Below are positions 29,301-38,396 of a DNA stretch of 56,183 nucleotides, in pieces (position 1 is the stretch's first letter; each line of letters starts with the position of its first letter). The notes under the pieces were generated by a model. The model was not told where the DNA came from and did not search any database. It worked only from the letters and a program-made list of their open reading frames with translations. The stretch comes from Candidatus Heimdallarchaeota archaeon (GTDB lineage: Archaea > Asgardarchaeota > Heimdallarchaeia > JABLTI01). Made by a program: the position numbers and the translations under genes. The stretch lies in assembly GCA_019056785.1 (NCBI GenBank), contig DXJV01000061.1, forward strand, positions 1-56,183. The letters are read 5' to 3'.

Positions 29301-32207
29301 GTTAAAACAACATTCAAAACTACACTCAGAAAAAAATCAGGAGCAAGCAACGAAATTGTGGTTTGGGGGGCAAAAAAGAACAATCTAAAGAATTTAGAGG
29401 TGCACATCCCAAAAAACAAATTTACGGTGATTACAGGCATCTCAGGTTCAGGAAAATCCTCTCTTGCGTTAGAAACGCTTTTCGCAGAGGGGCAAAGACG
29501 TTTTGTTGAATCACTTTCCACGTATGCACGACAATTCCTTGGACGAATGGATGACGCTGAAGTTGAAAAAATAACCGGTTTATCCCCAGCAATTGCTATT
29601 GATCAAAAGTCTGCCGGACGAAATCCACGCTCAACAGTGGGAACAGTTACCGAAATAAATGATTATCTCCGATTGCTTTTCGCCACGGTGGGGATCCCCT
29701 ATTGCCCTCGTTGTGGGAGAAACATTTCACCCTTGACATTAGAAGAGATGGTAAAACGAACGCTGGCATTGGGGGAAGGCACTCAAATTAAAATTATCGC
29801 CCCTCTGGTGAAAAATTCGAGAGGAAACTTTCTGCCATTACTTGAACAGCTTATAAAGGAAGGCTTTTCCAGGGTAATAATTGATCACGAAAACGAGGTG
29901 CTCCTAGACGAGCTTGACTTTAAAGAAGAAAAGAACAGGTTTTTTATTAAAGAAAAAGAACATACAATTGACCTTGTTGTTGATAGATTGGTTGTACACG
30001 AAGACGAAAAAGAACAGCTTTTCGATTCCATTGAAACGGCTCTCCAAAAGGGCGGAGGAGTAGTAAAAATCGCCTATGATGGAGATACTATTTCTTTCAG
30101 CACAAAGAAATTCTGTTTTGATTGTGAAATAAGACTGCCCGAAGAATTTACACCGAAAATGTTCTCCTTTAATGCTCATGTTGGCGCTTGTGAACGATGT
30201 GCAGGATTGGGGATGATAAAATCTATCGACCCCCAGCTGTTTATTAAGGATCCAAACAAGAGCATTCGACAAGGAGCAATTGGGCCGATTAGCGAAAACA
30301 AAGATGAAAATAGCTGGATGATGTCTATAATAAAAGGCTTGGGAGAAGAGCTTGGGTTTACACTTGATACGCCAATCAAGGATTTGACACCCGAACAATA
30401 TCAAGCACTTCTTTATGGCACGAATAAGAAATTCAAACAAAAAAGAGATGTGCAGCGAAGAACACTATCTTATACTTACGAGCGGGAGCGCGTCTTTAAA
30501 GGGCTTATCCCAATTTATGAGGAATGGTTAAATAAAGCGACATCAATGTGGTGGCTAGATTGGATGAATAAATTCGTACGAACGCAAAAATGCCCTGCTT
30601 GCAATGGTACACGATTAAAACCGGAGATCCTTTCTATTCGTGTGGGAGGGTTGAATATTCACGAAGTCACTGAATGCTCTATCGCAACAGCCTATGAGTT
30701 TTTTAAGAATATTAGCTTTAGTGGAGCAAAGCAAATTATTGCTGAGGGGATAATAGAGGAAATATTGGCACGATTAAAGTTCTTAATGGATGTTGGACTA
30801 GATTATCTTACACTGGACCGAGAAGCACGAACGCTTTCAGGGGGCGAAGCACAGAGAATCCGCTTGGCAACACAAATAGGAAATAAATTAGTAGGGGTAC
30901 TATATGTCCTTGATGAGCCCTCTATTGGCTTACACCCGCGAGACAATGCAAGACTCATACGAACGCTTACAGAACTTCGAGATTTGGGGAATACCGTTGT
31001 TGTAATAGAACATGATGAAGGGACAATTAGAAGCGCTGACTGGGTCATTGATCTTGGGCCGGGCGCGGGAGTGAATGGCGGGCAAATTGTCGCAGAAGGA
31101 AAACTCGAGGATGTTCTGAAAAGCGCACAATCACTAACGGCAAAATATTTAAGCGGAAAGGAAAGCATCCCTGTCCCGCAGAAGAGACGAACCCCTCAAA
31201 ATTTTCTGACATTAAAAGGAGCAAGGCAAAACAATCTTAGAAACCTTACCATTAAATTCCCTTTGGGGGTATTTACTTGCGTCACCGGTGTAAGTGGCTC
31301 TGGGAAAAGTTCCCTTGTTGTGGAAACACTACATAAAATCCTAGCAAAAGAATACCATCGATCTAAAGCTCCAATCGGCAAGTATGATTCTATCGAGGGA
31401 TTAGAGCGGCTCGATAAAGTAATTTTAATCGGCCAAGACCCCATTGGTAGAACACCGCGCTCGAACCCGGCCACATACACAGGTGTCTTTGATTACATCC
31501 GTGATTTATTTGCACAATTACCCGAAGCGAAAATTAGAGGCTTTACACGTAATAGGTTTTCATACAATAATGCCAAAGGAAGATGCCCAGTTTGCCGTGG
31601 TAGAGGAACAAAAGAAGTTGAAATGCTGTTTTTAAGTAATATAGAAATCATTTGTGACGAGTGTGGGGGGAAACGTTACAATCAAGAAACACTCAAAGTA
31701 AAATACAAAGGGAAGAGTATTGCCGAAGTGCTTGAACTTACAATTGATGATGCACTAACCTTTTTTGAAAATCAACCTAAAATTGCGAGAATATTGAAAG
31801 TCATGACCGAAGTGGGCTTAGGCTATCTCCAACTAGGACAATCAGCAACCACACTCTCAGGAGGAGAAGCGCAAAGAGTTAAACTTGCCACGGAACTTTG
31901 TCGGCCACAAACAACGAGAACGCTTTTTATTTTGGATGAACCTACAGTAGGGTTAGCAGCTTATGACATCCATAAATTGCTCAAAATTTTAAACAAATTA
32001 GTTGATACAGGAAATACTGTGATTGTCATCGAACATAATCTTGATGTAATAAAGAGTGCAGACTGGATAATTGATTTAGGACCCGAAGGGGGGGAGAAAG
32101 GCGGGAGAATAGTAGCCAATGGTACCCCCGAGGAAGTAAGCAATATTAAAGAGTCAATTACAGGCATATATCTCAAAGAGGTTTTGAAAATTAATGATGA
32201 CCACTAG
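26328..32207 (+). CDS. uvrA: Double-length excinuclease ABC subunit A (two UvrA units fused, four ABC ATPase sites)
   Basis: Four G[VI]SGSGKSS Walker A, four LSGGE signatures, duplicated zinc fingers; second unit starts near 29350 ([14 protein letters not shown]). Confidence 0.95.
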   Translation: MTLNEIHDKIIVKGARQHNLKNIDLEIPREKLVVLTGVSGSGKSSLAFDTLFAEGQRRYIESLSSYARQFMAQMSKPDVDAIEGLSPTISISQKTTSFNPRSTVGTVTEIYDFLRVLFARIGVPYCPKCHIEIKAQTTPKIVEQIFSNFRDEEIIILAPIVRDRKGEYQKELQGLLASGYTRVRIDYELKRLDEMPEEEMKLSRYYRHTIEAVISRVRVTGEAEERITESVQEALDLANGMVIITTQEDLEKKKRLSRKSSTTSKRKKIDEQEELESHERLFSIHFACPKCGFSFPKLEPRNFSFNSIHGACPACKGLGTLVEIDPTLLVPNKELSISEGAFADFDLKTKRFRVLNYRLNRIKAIVEKLGFTIETPLKDLTPEQWNAFFYGPKKTIYVNYDFSWEDKRGGKGKGRARLPFRGINDIIMSRFKRTSSQYIRNLILEYTTPVICKECNGSGLREESRAVYFKGRTIADIASMSIEECLDFFNSIEMTKTEQQIAEGLLKEIKMRLQFLINVGLPYLSLDRRANTLSGGESQRIRLGTQIGSSLENVLYILDEPSIGLHNRDNLKLIHTLEKLRDKGNTVLISEHDIDTMLAADWLIDIGPFAGAKGGKIISTGPPNEVARNKQSITGQFLAGKREIKIPKNRRKGNGKYLQIVGAAQNNLKEIDVTFPLGVFICVTGVSGSGKSSLVTDILWKALARQLNRAKTKPGKHEKILGTELLDKVIEIDQSPIGYTPRSVPATYTKVLDHIRDFYTSLPISKARGFKKGRFSFNTKEGRCTACNGLGYNKIEMQFLPNLEVECEVCRGKRFSAETLEVKYRNKNIAQILDMSVNEALAFFKDHPKITKILQTMQDVGLGYIKLGQSSTTLSGGEAQRIKISRELSKKATGKTLYLLEEPTVGLHSYDVSKLLEILNRLVEAGNTVVVVEHNLDVIKCADWIIDLGPEGGEKGGRIVATGTPEEIAKYEQSYTGQALKKVLFERQIAPVKTTFKTTLRKKSGASNEIVVWGAKKNNLKNLEVHIPKNKFTVITGISGSGKSSLALETLFAEGQRRFVESLSTYARQFLGRMDDAEVEKITGLSPAIAIDQKSAGRNPRSTVGTVTEINDYLRLLFATVGIPYCPRCGRNISPLTLEEMVKRTLALGEGTQIKIIAPLVKNSRGNFLPLLEQLIKEGFSRVIIDHENEVLLDELDFKEEKNRFFIKEKEHTIDLVVDRLVVHEDEKEQLFDSIETALQKGGGVVKIAYDGDTISFSTKKFCFDCEIRLPEEFTPKMFSFNAHVGACERCAGLGMIKSIDPQLFIKDPNKSIRQGAIGPISENKDENSWMMSIIKGLGEELGFTLDTPIKDLTPEQYQALLYGTNKKFKQKRDVQRRTLSYTYERERVFKGLIPIYEEWLNKATSMWWLDWMNKFVRTQKCPACNGTRLKPEILSIRVGGLNIHEVTECSIATAYEFFKNISFSGAKQIIAEGIIEEILARLKFLMDVGLDYLTLDREARTLSGGEAQRIRLATQIGNKLVGVLYVLDEPSIGLHPRDNARLIRTLTELRDLGNTVVVIEHDEGTIRSADWVIDLGPGAGVNGGQIVAEGKLEDVLKSAQSLTAKYLSGKESIPVPQKRRTPQNFLTLKGARQNNLRNLTIKFPLGVFTCVTGVSGSGKSSLVVETLHKILAKEYHRSKAPIGKYDSIEGLERLDKVILIGQDPIGRTPRSNPATYTGVFDYIRDLFAQLPEAKIRGFTRNRFSYNNAKGRCPVCRGRGTKEVEMLFLSNIEIICDECGGKRYNQETLKVKYKGKSIAEVLELTIDDALTFFENQPKIARILKVMTEVGLGYLQLGQSATTLSGGEAQRVKLATELCRPQTTRTLFILDEPTVGLAAYDIHKLLKILNKLVDTGNTVIVIEHNLDVIKSADWIIDLGPEGGEKGGRIVANGTPEEVSNIKESITGIYLKEVLKINDDH

Positions 32208-32273
32208 AGCATCACTAAGGTTCATTTATTGACTTAAAAAGAAAAAAAGACGTTGTTATAATAGCAAAAAGGG

Positions 32274-32507
32274 TTGGAAAATTTGACAGTAAAACATGCG
32301 AATGAGAAAATTCAGAAGAGAAACACCGAAATTGAGAAAGAACGAGAAGGGAAAGCAAAAACGACTTGCCCTGTATGCGGCAGTGAAAATTGTTATGGTA
32401 TGAGCAGGGTGGTAGGCTATTTTAGCATTATCGAAAATTGGAATCGCTCTAAACAAGCAGAATTCTCAAAGAGATAAAAAGGGGACTATTGGTTCTTAGA
32501 AGAATAA
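32274..32507 (+). pseudogene. Stand-alone NrdD C-terminal (zinc ribbon plus glycyl-radical loop) mini-protein, probably cut by a premature TAA at 32475
   Basis: CPVCGS...MSRVVGYF...WNRSKQAEFSKR*KGDYWFLEE*. Confidence 0.6.
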
Positions 32508-32617
32508 ATAGAAAGCAGGTATGAAAGAGGACAGACAGATGTTTTTGCTCAAGCCAGGCAATGTTACGAAGATTTTAAAATAAAAATAGTGTAATGTAAA
32601 AAGGAGCGCGTATTGAT

Positions 32618-32917
32618 ATGGCCAACTTAGACACTTCTATAAGTAGATTTGCCGAAAAACATCAAGTTGATTTTGTTGAAATATGCATTTGCAATGACAG
32701 AGAGAGATTTTTAGGATATAATGCTGCTGATAAGACCTATTTTGGCGAAGGAGGATGCAATAAGAATTTCACCTGTGCAATCTTACAGATACACAAACAC
32801 AAGATTGATCTTTTAGCTAGAAAGCAGAGACTACTTGAACCAAATGCCCACCACAGAAAAAAAGAACGGCGCATTTTAAAAACACCTTTTGACCAGACGC
32901 TAGACCAATTTCTGTAA
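32618..32917 (+). CDS. Hypothetical 99-aa protein, four Cys, C-terminal PIP-box-like QTLDQFL
   Basis: ATG preceded by AAGGAG; fills the intergenic space; ends TLDQFL*. Confidence 0.55.
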   Translation: MANLDTSISRFAEKHQVDFVEICICNDRERFLGYNAADKTYFGEGGCNKNFTCAILQIHKHKIDLLARKQRLLEPNAHHRKKERRILKTPFDQTLDQFL

Positions 32918-32938
32918 CAGGACAGAAAACCGAAAAAG

Positions 32939-34963
32939 TCAAGCATGAGTTATTAATGGTAAGCAGAATTGAACAGTATAAGTAGCAGAGCATTGATCAC
33001 ACGTAAAAGTTGCCACAAGCTTTTCACATTTTATTCCTTGTTCTGTTGTAAGAGAAAGAGAATAATTACCTACCTTGCAATTAATACAGTTCTTAGGAAC
33101 AACTAACACTACCTTTGATCGTTCCCGAGGATGGACCTCTCGCACAATAAATTCACCCACGCCCCATTCTTTTAATTCGTGTAATAACTCGGTAAAAAAT
33201 GCAAATGATTTTTTACTTAAAGGCCGAGCGAATTTTTTCCCGCTTTTGGTAAGCATGGTTTTCGGAGCAACAAGAGCATAAGTTAATTCTCTGCTCAAAC
33301 TGGAAAGAAGCGCCTCGCTTAAATTGGTCCCGCGTAAGGCCATTTTCGTAAAAAAATTAGCAACACCTATTGAGCCAAGTTTTTCGAGTCTATCAGCATC
33401 GTGAAGAATCCGGCAATAAATGTCACAGGAAAGATTCTCGTTATAAAGAGCATTAATTGCTTTTAAAACTGCGGCAATATGTGTGGAGCTAAAACCAGCT
33501 TCTGTAAGAATGGTATTTGCAATTGAAGAGGAAAGTTCTTCTTCGGCAATATTACCCTCATGGTATTTACCAAGAACAAATTTTCCACTGTCGTGAAAAA
33601 GAGCCGCCAAAATGGCAATCAAGGGGTCCGCACCCTCAGCAATGGCAAGCTTGTAAGCAATTTTACTAACACGAAAAGAATGGTCCCATAGAAAGTTGGT
33701 GGGGAATTTGGGTGCCTCTTGATTGAATTGTTCCTCGGCTTCTTGAATAATTGTTTTCACTTTCGAAACAAAATCATTTGGAAGGTTCTTCTTGAGAAAG
33801 GCATCAAAGGTCATTTGGTGGAAATTTTTCTTAGTCAATGCCATTTGCTTCCGATACTTGTTAATTTTCTTTTTGAGAAACCAACTTGAAAGGTTTTCTC
33901 TTTTGAGATGGGCAAGAGCATCTACTGCTGCATGATAGGCAAGAAAATGGATTTTTCTCCGGACCCAAAAGCGAGTTTCAGCATAAAATGATTCGAAAAT
34001 TTTCGCCCTGAGGAAGGAATTAACATGTTGGTCACTAAAAAGTTCAGAGTGTGAAATAACTGTTAAGAAGAGGTGTAAAAGCAGAGCAGCATGAAAAAAC
34101 AAACGCTTCTTTTGTAGAGCATGAGCTAATTGAATGGCGGCTAGAATCGTTTCCTCCTTTAAAAGAGAAGAATGCGGCAACTCGAAAAAGGATTGAAAGT
34201 TTGTAAGCAACGATTGGTTAATGTCAATTTTAAAGGTTAAGAGAGAGTTAAGATCAAAAAGAGACTTTGTTTCAGACGAAGCAGTCAAAAGTTCAAGGGT
34301 AGGAGGGAGGTCTGTCAGTTTGTTAATACTTGAGAACAATTTTGTAGCATGTTCTTCCTGTGCTTTGTCTATTGGTAAGAAACTGACTTCAGGAGCTAAG
34401 CGGATAATGTCATCAGCTCGACTCGAGTCATAATGTCGCAAAACTTGAATAAAAGGGAGAAGGGCATGTGGTTTTGCAATGAACAGTAAAGGCTCGATTT
34501 TACCACAAGAACGCCAAAAAGGGAAAAGCAACAACTGATGCTGACCAGCAGCAATAAAATCTTTGAGAAGGCCATGAGAAAGTAAGGGCATATCTACAGG
34601 AACCACCAGAACAGAAGGCGTCTTTACTGCAGGAAAAGCAGATAAAATTGCCCGAATCGGGCCGGAACGTGCTATCTCCTTGTCATCAGTGACAAATGTC
34701 AATGTGGTGGGAACACGGTTATCAAATAAGCGAAGATGTTCTTCATATCTTTCCTTTCGTATGGCATCATTAACTGCAATAATTATTTCTTTGCAAAAAG
34801 GTGAAAGGGTCTTGATGGTTTGAATAAGTAGACTTGTTTGTGGAGCAACTTCATATAATGCTTTATCTTGCCATGTGCTTCCGGCCTTTTGAAAACGGGA
34901 GCTTTTCCCACCTGCTAAAATAAGCCCTGTTAACGGATAGGATGTATTTGTCTGGTGGGTCAT
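32939..34963 (-). CDS. Fusion of a MobA-like NTP transferase, helical linker, HD phosphohydrolase and Cys-rich zinc finger
   Basis: LILAGGKSSRF..DKA, GPIRAI, PVDMP; DHSFRV...LFHDSGK...HDADRLEKLG; CINC..C..CDQC..FCLP. Confidence 0.85.
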   Translation of the reverse strand: MTHQTNTSYPLTGLILAGGKSSRFQKAGSTWQDKALYEVAPQTSLLIQTIKTLSPFCKEIIIAVNDAIRKERYEEHLRLFDNRVPTTLTFVTDDKEIARSGPIRAILSAFPAVKTPSVLVVPVDMPLLSHGLLKDFIAAGQHQLLLFPFWRSCGKIEPLLFIAKPHALLPFIQVLRHYDSSRADDIIRLAPEVSFLPIDKAQEEHATKLFSSINKLTDLPPTLELLTASSETKSLFDLNSLLTFKIDINQSLLTNFQSFFELPHSSLLKEETILAAIQLAHALQKKRLFFHAALLLHLFLTVISHSELFSDQHVNSFLRAKIFESFYAETRFWVRRKIHFLAYHAAVDALAHLKRENLSSWFLKKKINKYRKQMALTKKNFHQMTFDAFLKKNLPNDFVSKVKTIIQEAEEQFNQEAPKFPTNFLWDHSFRVSKIAYKLAIAEGADPLIAILAALFHDSGKFVLGKYHEGNIAEEELSSSIANTILTEAGFSSTHIAAVLKAINALYNENLSCDIYCRILHDADRLEKLGSIGVANFFTKMALRGTNLSEALLSSLSRELTYALVAPKTMLTKSGKKFARPLSKKSFAFFTELLHELKEWGVGEFIVREVHPRERSKVVLVVPKNCINCKVGNYSLSLTTEQGIKCEKLVATFTCDQCSATYTVQFCLPLITHA

Positions 34964-35034
34964 GTTTCACACTACTACCCAGTCTACCTTGTGGAATTTC
35001 AATTTTTCCAAAAAAAAGAGAAAAAAAAGAGAGC

Positions 35035-36345
35035 TTACCGTCTTCGTCGACGTTCGCTTCTCGATCTTGTTTTTGGCGGTTTCTTTTTCACTTCTTCTGA
35101 AATTGATTTCATATCTAATTCTTCTAACTCTTCTTCTTTTTCCGGCGTTATGGTTGCCTCAATTTCTTCAATTTCCTCATCAAAGTAAGCTTCTTCAATT
35201 TCTTCATCCACTTTCTTTCGGCGTTCCTCTCGTTCGCGCATTTTTATGAGTGCTTCCGAGATCTCCACTCGTTTCGTTTCGCGCCCTACCGTGAACAAAA
35301 TGGACCCCACAACCATCATAATAAAGAAGATACCAATAATTGAAATGACGAAAAGACCGAAATCTGGGATAATACCCTGTGCTGCTTCTTGAGGAGTATC
35401 ATGCAAAAGCCAAGCGATGATATTTTTCCATAAAAGTGCGTTATCAAAAGCTTCGAACCAAGTGGTGGTATTATCTTTTGTTATTTGCAAATCGCTAAAC
35501 ATAATGCCAGAGGCACAGGAAACACCTCGAGCCACACCACCTTGTAAGGCAGGCTTCTCGTCAGCAACAAGAATGGTGAAATTCTTTGTGCCACCAAAAG
35601 GCACCTCACCATTTTCATCCACATAATAAGTTGTTATGGGAGTCTTAATCACCTTTTGTGCTTGAGTGGTCATAGGGATATAAGTAGCGTATGTTAGGAG
35701 TTCAGAGACCGAGGGAGCATTATTAAAGCCCTGAACAATGGGATGAGAATTGTCAAAAGTGTCATTATTCAAGTAAATAAATCGTTCATCCCCAAAAGCA
35801 TAACTAAAGTCGTTCATGAGAGTTACAATTGATGGGTTAAAATTCAAGGTACCAAATGAGCTTTGCCCCTCAATGGTTGTTCCCATCATGTCATTCACAT
35901 ACCGGACATTACTCGAGTAATTTCTCATCTCATCTTCAAAGAAATAGGGGTTAGCGAGATATAGAAGAGAGCCACCATCAAGATAGAATTCAGATACCGC
36001 TTGCTTTTCGACCTCGCTAAAATCACTTCGTGACGCATCAATGAATGGTGCTGGGACGATAAGCAAGTCCGCCCCTCGAAGATTGGTAAGTGTAAAATTA
36101 TCAGTATTAATTACAATATTGGCATCAAATTCATCTCGCAATAACTGGATTGCAGACTGTAAGTGTGTGTGGTTGAATCTCTGCTCATGACCAGCATCTA
36201 TAATGATTACTGGACGAATTCCGCCCTTATATCCATTCACCGGGATTGCATCACTTAACAAATTTAATGAAAGCACAAAGGTCAGGCTAAAGAGTGCCAA
36301 GATCAGGAATGATAATTTCCGAGATTTCATGCGAATCAACCACAA
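35035..36345 (-). CDS. Type I membrane protein with an extracellular GATase-like (GIFT/DUF4350) domain and a charged cytoplasmic tail
   Basis: N-terminal signal/TM; IIIDAGHEQ, ADLLIVPAP, FSEVEKQAVSEFYLDGGSLL, DNALLWKNIIAWL; C-terminal TM; acidic then Arg-rich tail. Confidence 0.7.
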   Translation of the reverse strand: MWLIRMKSRKLSFLILALFSLTFVLSLNLLSDAIPVNGYKGGIRPVIIIDAGHEQRFNHTHLQSAIQLLRDEFDANIVINTDNFTLTNLRGADLLIVPAPFIDASRSDFSEVEKQAVSEFYLDGGSLLYLANPYFFEDEMRNYSSNVRYVNDMMGTTIEGQSSFGTLNFNPSIVTLMNDFSYAFGDERFIYLNNDTFDNSHPIVQGFNNAPSVSELLTYATYIPMTTQAQKVIKTPITTYYVDENGEVPFGGTKNFTILVADEKPALQGGVARGVSCASGIMFSDLQITKDNTTTWFEAFDNALLWKNIIAWLLHDTPQEAAQGIIPDFGLFVISIIGIFFIMMVVGSILFTVGRETKRVEISEALIKMREREERRKKVDEEIEEAYFDEEIEEIEATITPEKEEELEELDMKSISEEVKKKPPKTRSRSERRRRR

Positions 36346-36510
36346 TTAACTAATTAATCGTTTTCTGAGGAGAGTTCCTCAATTTAAAGTTATATAACTT
36401 TTTTGAATGTTTAGCTTTCTCGACTATTAAATTGTTTTCATATTTAGATAAATAGCTCCCTTTTCGACAAATAATTTTTACTTGGAAGTAAATTTAAAAA
36501 GCAGTTTGAA

Positions 36511-37098
36511 ATGGCATTACACACAGTGGAAAGCATGGTGGTCACACGAATTATTGCTGTTACTGGAACACAAGGCTCCGGAAAAAGCGTCTTTACAGGC
36601 ATTGCCAATAAAAAGTATCAAATCCCAACTTATCGTTTAGGGAATGTTATCATTCAAGAGTGCAAAGAAAGAGGGATGGCAGTCAATGGGCGTAACATGG
36701 CAAAAATGGCGTCCATCTTACGCTTCGAAGGTGGGGATCAGGCAGTGGCACAAAAAGCCTTGCCAGCAATAAGGGAGCTCTATGAGAAAAAGCCAAAAGC
36801 AATTTTAATTGATGGGATTCGCTCTTTTTCGGAATTAAGCCTATTTAGAGAAGCATTTGGTGAAGTCACCCTGGTAGGAATAATTTCGACGTTGAAAACA
36901 AGGCGGAAACGAATTAAAGCACGAAAACGCCTGGACCATAAATATGAAGGCGACTTTGAAGAACGAGAGCAACGAGAGTTGGGATTCGGGCTAGGAAATG
37001 TTATTACCAAAGCAGATTACTATATTCTCAACGAAAATCTGACAAAAGAACAATTTATCAATGAAATTGAACGCCTACTACAAGAATTACTCGAGTAA
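36511..37098 (+). CDS. Archaeal dephospho-CoA kinase-like P-loop kinase (UPF0200)
   Basis: VTGTQGSGKS, IDGIRS, ERExRELGFGLGNVITKADY. Confidence 0.82.
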   Translation: MALHTVESMVVTRIIAVTGTQGSGKSVFTGIANKKYQIPTYRLGNVIIQECKERGMAVNGRNMAKMASILRFEGGDQAVAQKALPAIRELYEKKPKAILIDGIRSFSELSLFREAFGEVTLVGIISTLKTRRKRIKARKRLDHKYEGDFEEREQRELGFGLGNVITKADYYILNENLTKEQFINEIERLLQELLE

Positions 37099-37194
37099 TT
37101 TGAAGAGAGAAGAAAAGAACGAAAAGAAAAATTCCAAAGAAGGGGAGTACCCTAGAGTAAATTGGAGCTGGAAAAAAGTTGCTTGTGAACTAGT

Positions 37195-37350
37195 CTACCA
37201 ACTGTGTTTGCGGATTTTTGCGGTGGCACCAAAGCCACAACTTGCACAAACAGACTTCTTCAAGTTATAAGCATTCTTACCGCATCTTCTGCAACGTATG
37301 TGTGTTGGTGTACGATTTCTTTTCCCTTTGCTAGGAGTGCCTTTACCCAT
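37195..37350 (-). CDS. rpl37e: 50S ribosomal protein L37e (51 aa; below the ORF-track cutoff)
   Basis: Manual translation [51 protein letters not shown]; conserved Sm-L37e synteny. Confidence 0.97.
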   Translation of the reverse strand: MGKGTPSKGKRNRTPTHIRCRRCGKNAYNLKKSVCASCGFGATAKIRKHSW

Positions 37351-37402
37351 ACAAATCACCTTATAGTTTTAGATTGACTTCTTTACTCAATAATTGCTAA
37401 GC

Positions 37403-37660
37403 TTATTTTTCAATTGTTGGTGGGGGACTAATGATAATGACGTTATCGCCTCGTAAAATAATTGTTCCTAGGCTGTTGTTTTCTTCTTCCAGGATTTCTT
37501 CAGCGTCATCTAACGTAAGATTAAGGTGTGCGTCATAATTGATGAGCTTACCCCGTAATTGCCGGCCACCTTTTAATTTCACTAGGACGATTTTATTGAG
37601 AGATAATGTCAGTAGATCCATCGGTCGATCTTTGTTCAAACGTTTTTCTTGTTTACTCAT
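37403..37660 (-). CDS. Sm-like archaeal protein (SmAP1/Lsm)
   Basis: RPMDLL, VLVKLKGG, GKLINYDAHLNLTL, IILRGDNVIIISP. Confidence 0.95.
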   Translation of the reverse strand: MSKQEKRLNKDRPMDLLTLSLNKIVLVKLKGGRQLRGKLINYDAHLNLTLDDAEEILEEENNSLGTIILRGDNVIIISPPPTIEK

Positions 37661-37894
37661 TTTATGTTTTCTCCGGATGCTAGTTTAGGAGAACCTATAC
37701 CTTTTTGATATAAATCGGTTTTTAAATGCTTTCTTAATTATCAAACTCTTTTTAGAAGAGTGGCATCTAATAGTTAGCCCGCCTTTTAACAAGCATTATT
37801 GAGAAAGAAATAATGGCTTATTAATTTTTGCCAAAAAAAGTATAAAGCAGTGAAAAATGTTATGCTAAAGAAAGCCAGTAGTTGCGGTGAGAAA

Positions 37895-38380
37895 ATGGAC
37901 ATTCTAAAAAGGTACACTATCCGTAAAAGCGACTTCAAAAAACTGAAAGAACAATTAAAACAAGTAATTGGAGAAGAAGGAGAAACACTTTTCACGAAGA
38001 ATGCAGAATTAGTTGAAACCGATAAAGGGATTCTGTTTGCGGAAAATAGAACTGTTCTTGCGTTTCAATTTCAAGCCATAGTCTTACCCAGCTTACGCGC
38101 TTTAAACACTCAAAAAGCACACCTCCCCCCAGTCACGGTTGACATGGGGGCAGTACCATATGTTACAAATGGAGCGGATATTATGGCTCCGGGAATAGTG
38201 AAAGTCACACCCGGATTGAAACAAGGAGAGTTTGTGATGATCGTGGATGAACGTCATAGCAAAGCATTAGCAGTAGGGGAACTGCTGGTAAATAGTGATG
38301 AAATACTCGCGAGGAAAAAAGGAAAAGTAATAAAAAACATTCATTATGTGAATGACGAAATTTGGTCATTGCAATTGTGA
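37895..38380 (+). CDS. PUA-domain RNA-binding protein (MCT-1/Tma20-like)
   Basis: VTVDMGAVPYVTNGADIMAPGI, KGKVIKNIHYVNDEIW; ATG 37895 follows GGTGA. Confidence 0.88.
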   Translation: MDILKRYTIRKSDFKKLKEQLKQVIGEEGETLFTKNAELVETDKGILFAENRTVLAFQFQAIVLPSLRALNTQKAHLPPVTVDMGAVPYVTNGADIMAPGIVKVTPGLKQGEFVMIVDERHSKALAVGELLVNSDEILARKKGKVIKNIHYVNDEIWSLQL

Positions 38381-38396
38381 GATTGCAACGACTTTT

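Noticed and set aside
25335-32917. Defence island or integrated element around the MTase and uvrA
   Set aside because: No integrase, nuclease, att-like repeats or tRNA, and no evident compositional shift by eye
37061-37270. 69-aa plus-strand ORF
   Set aside because: Overlaps the real rpl37e on the opposite strand
37669-37693. Hairpin sequestering the SmAP ribosome-binding site
   Set aside because: Only 6 bp (TTCTCC/GGAGAA), which is expected by chance
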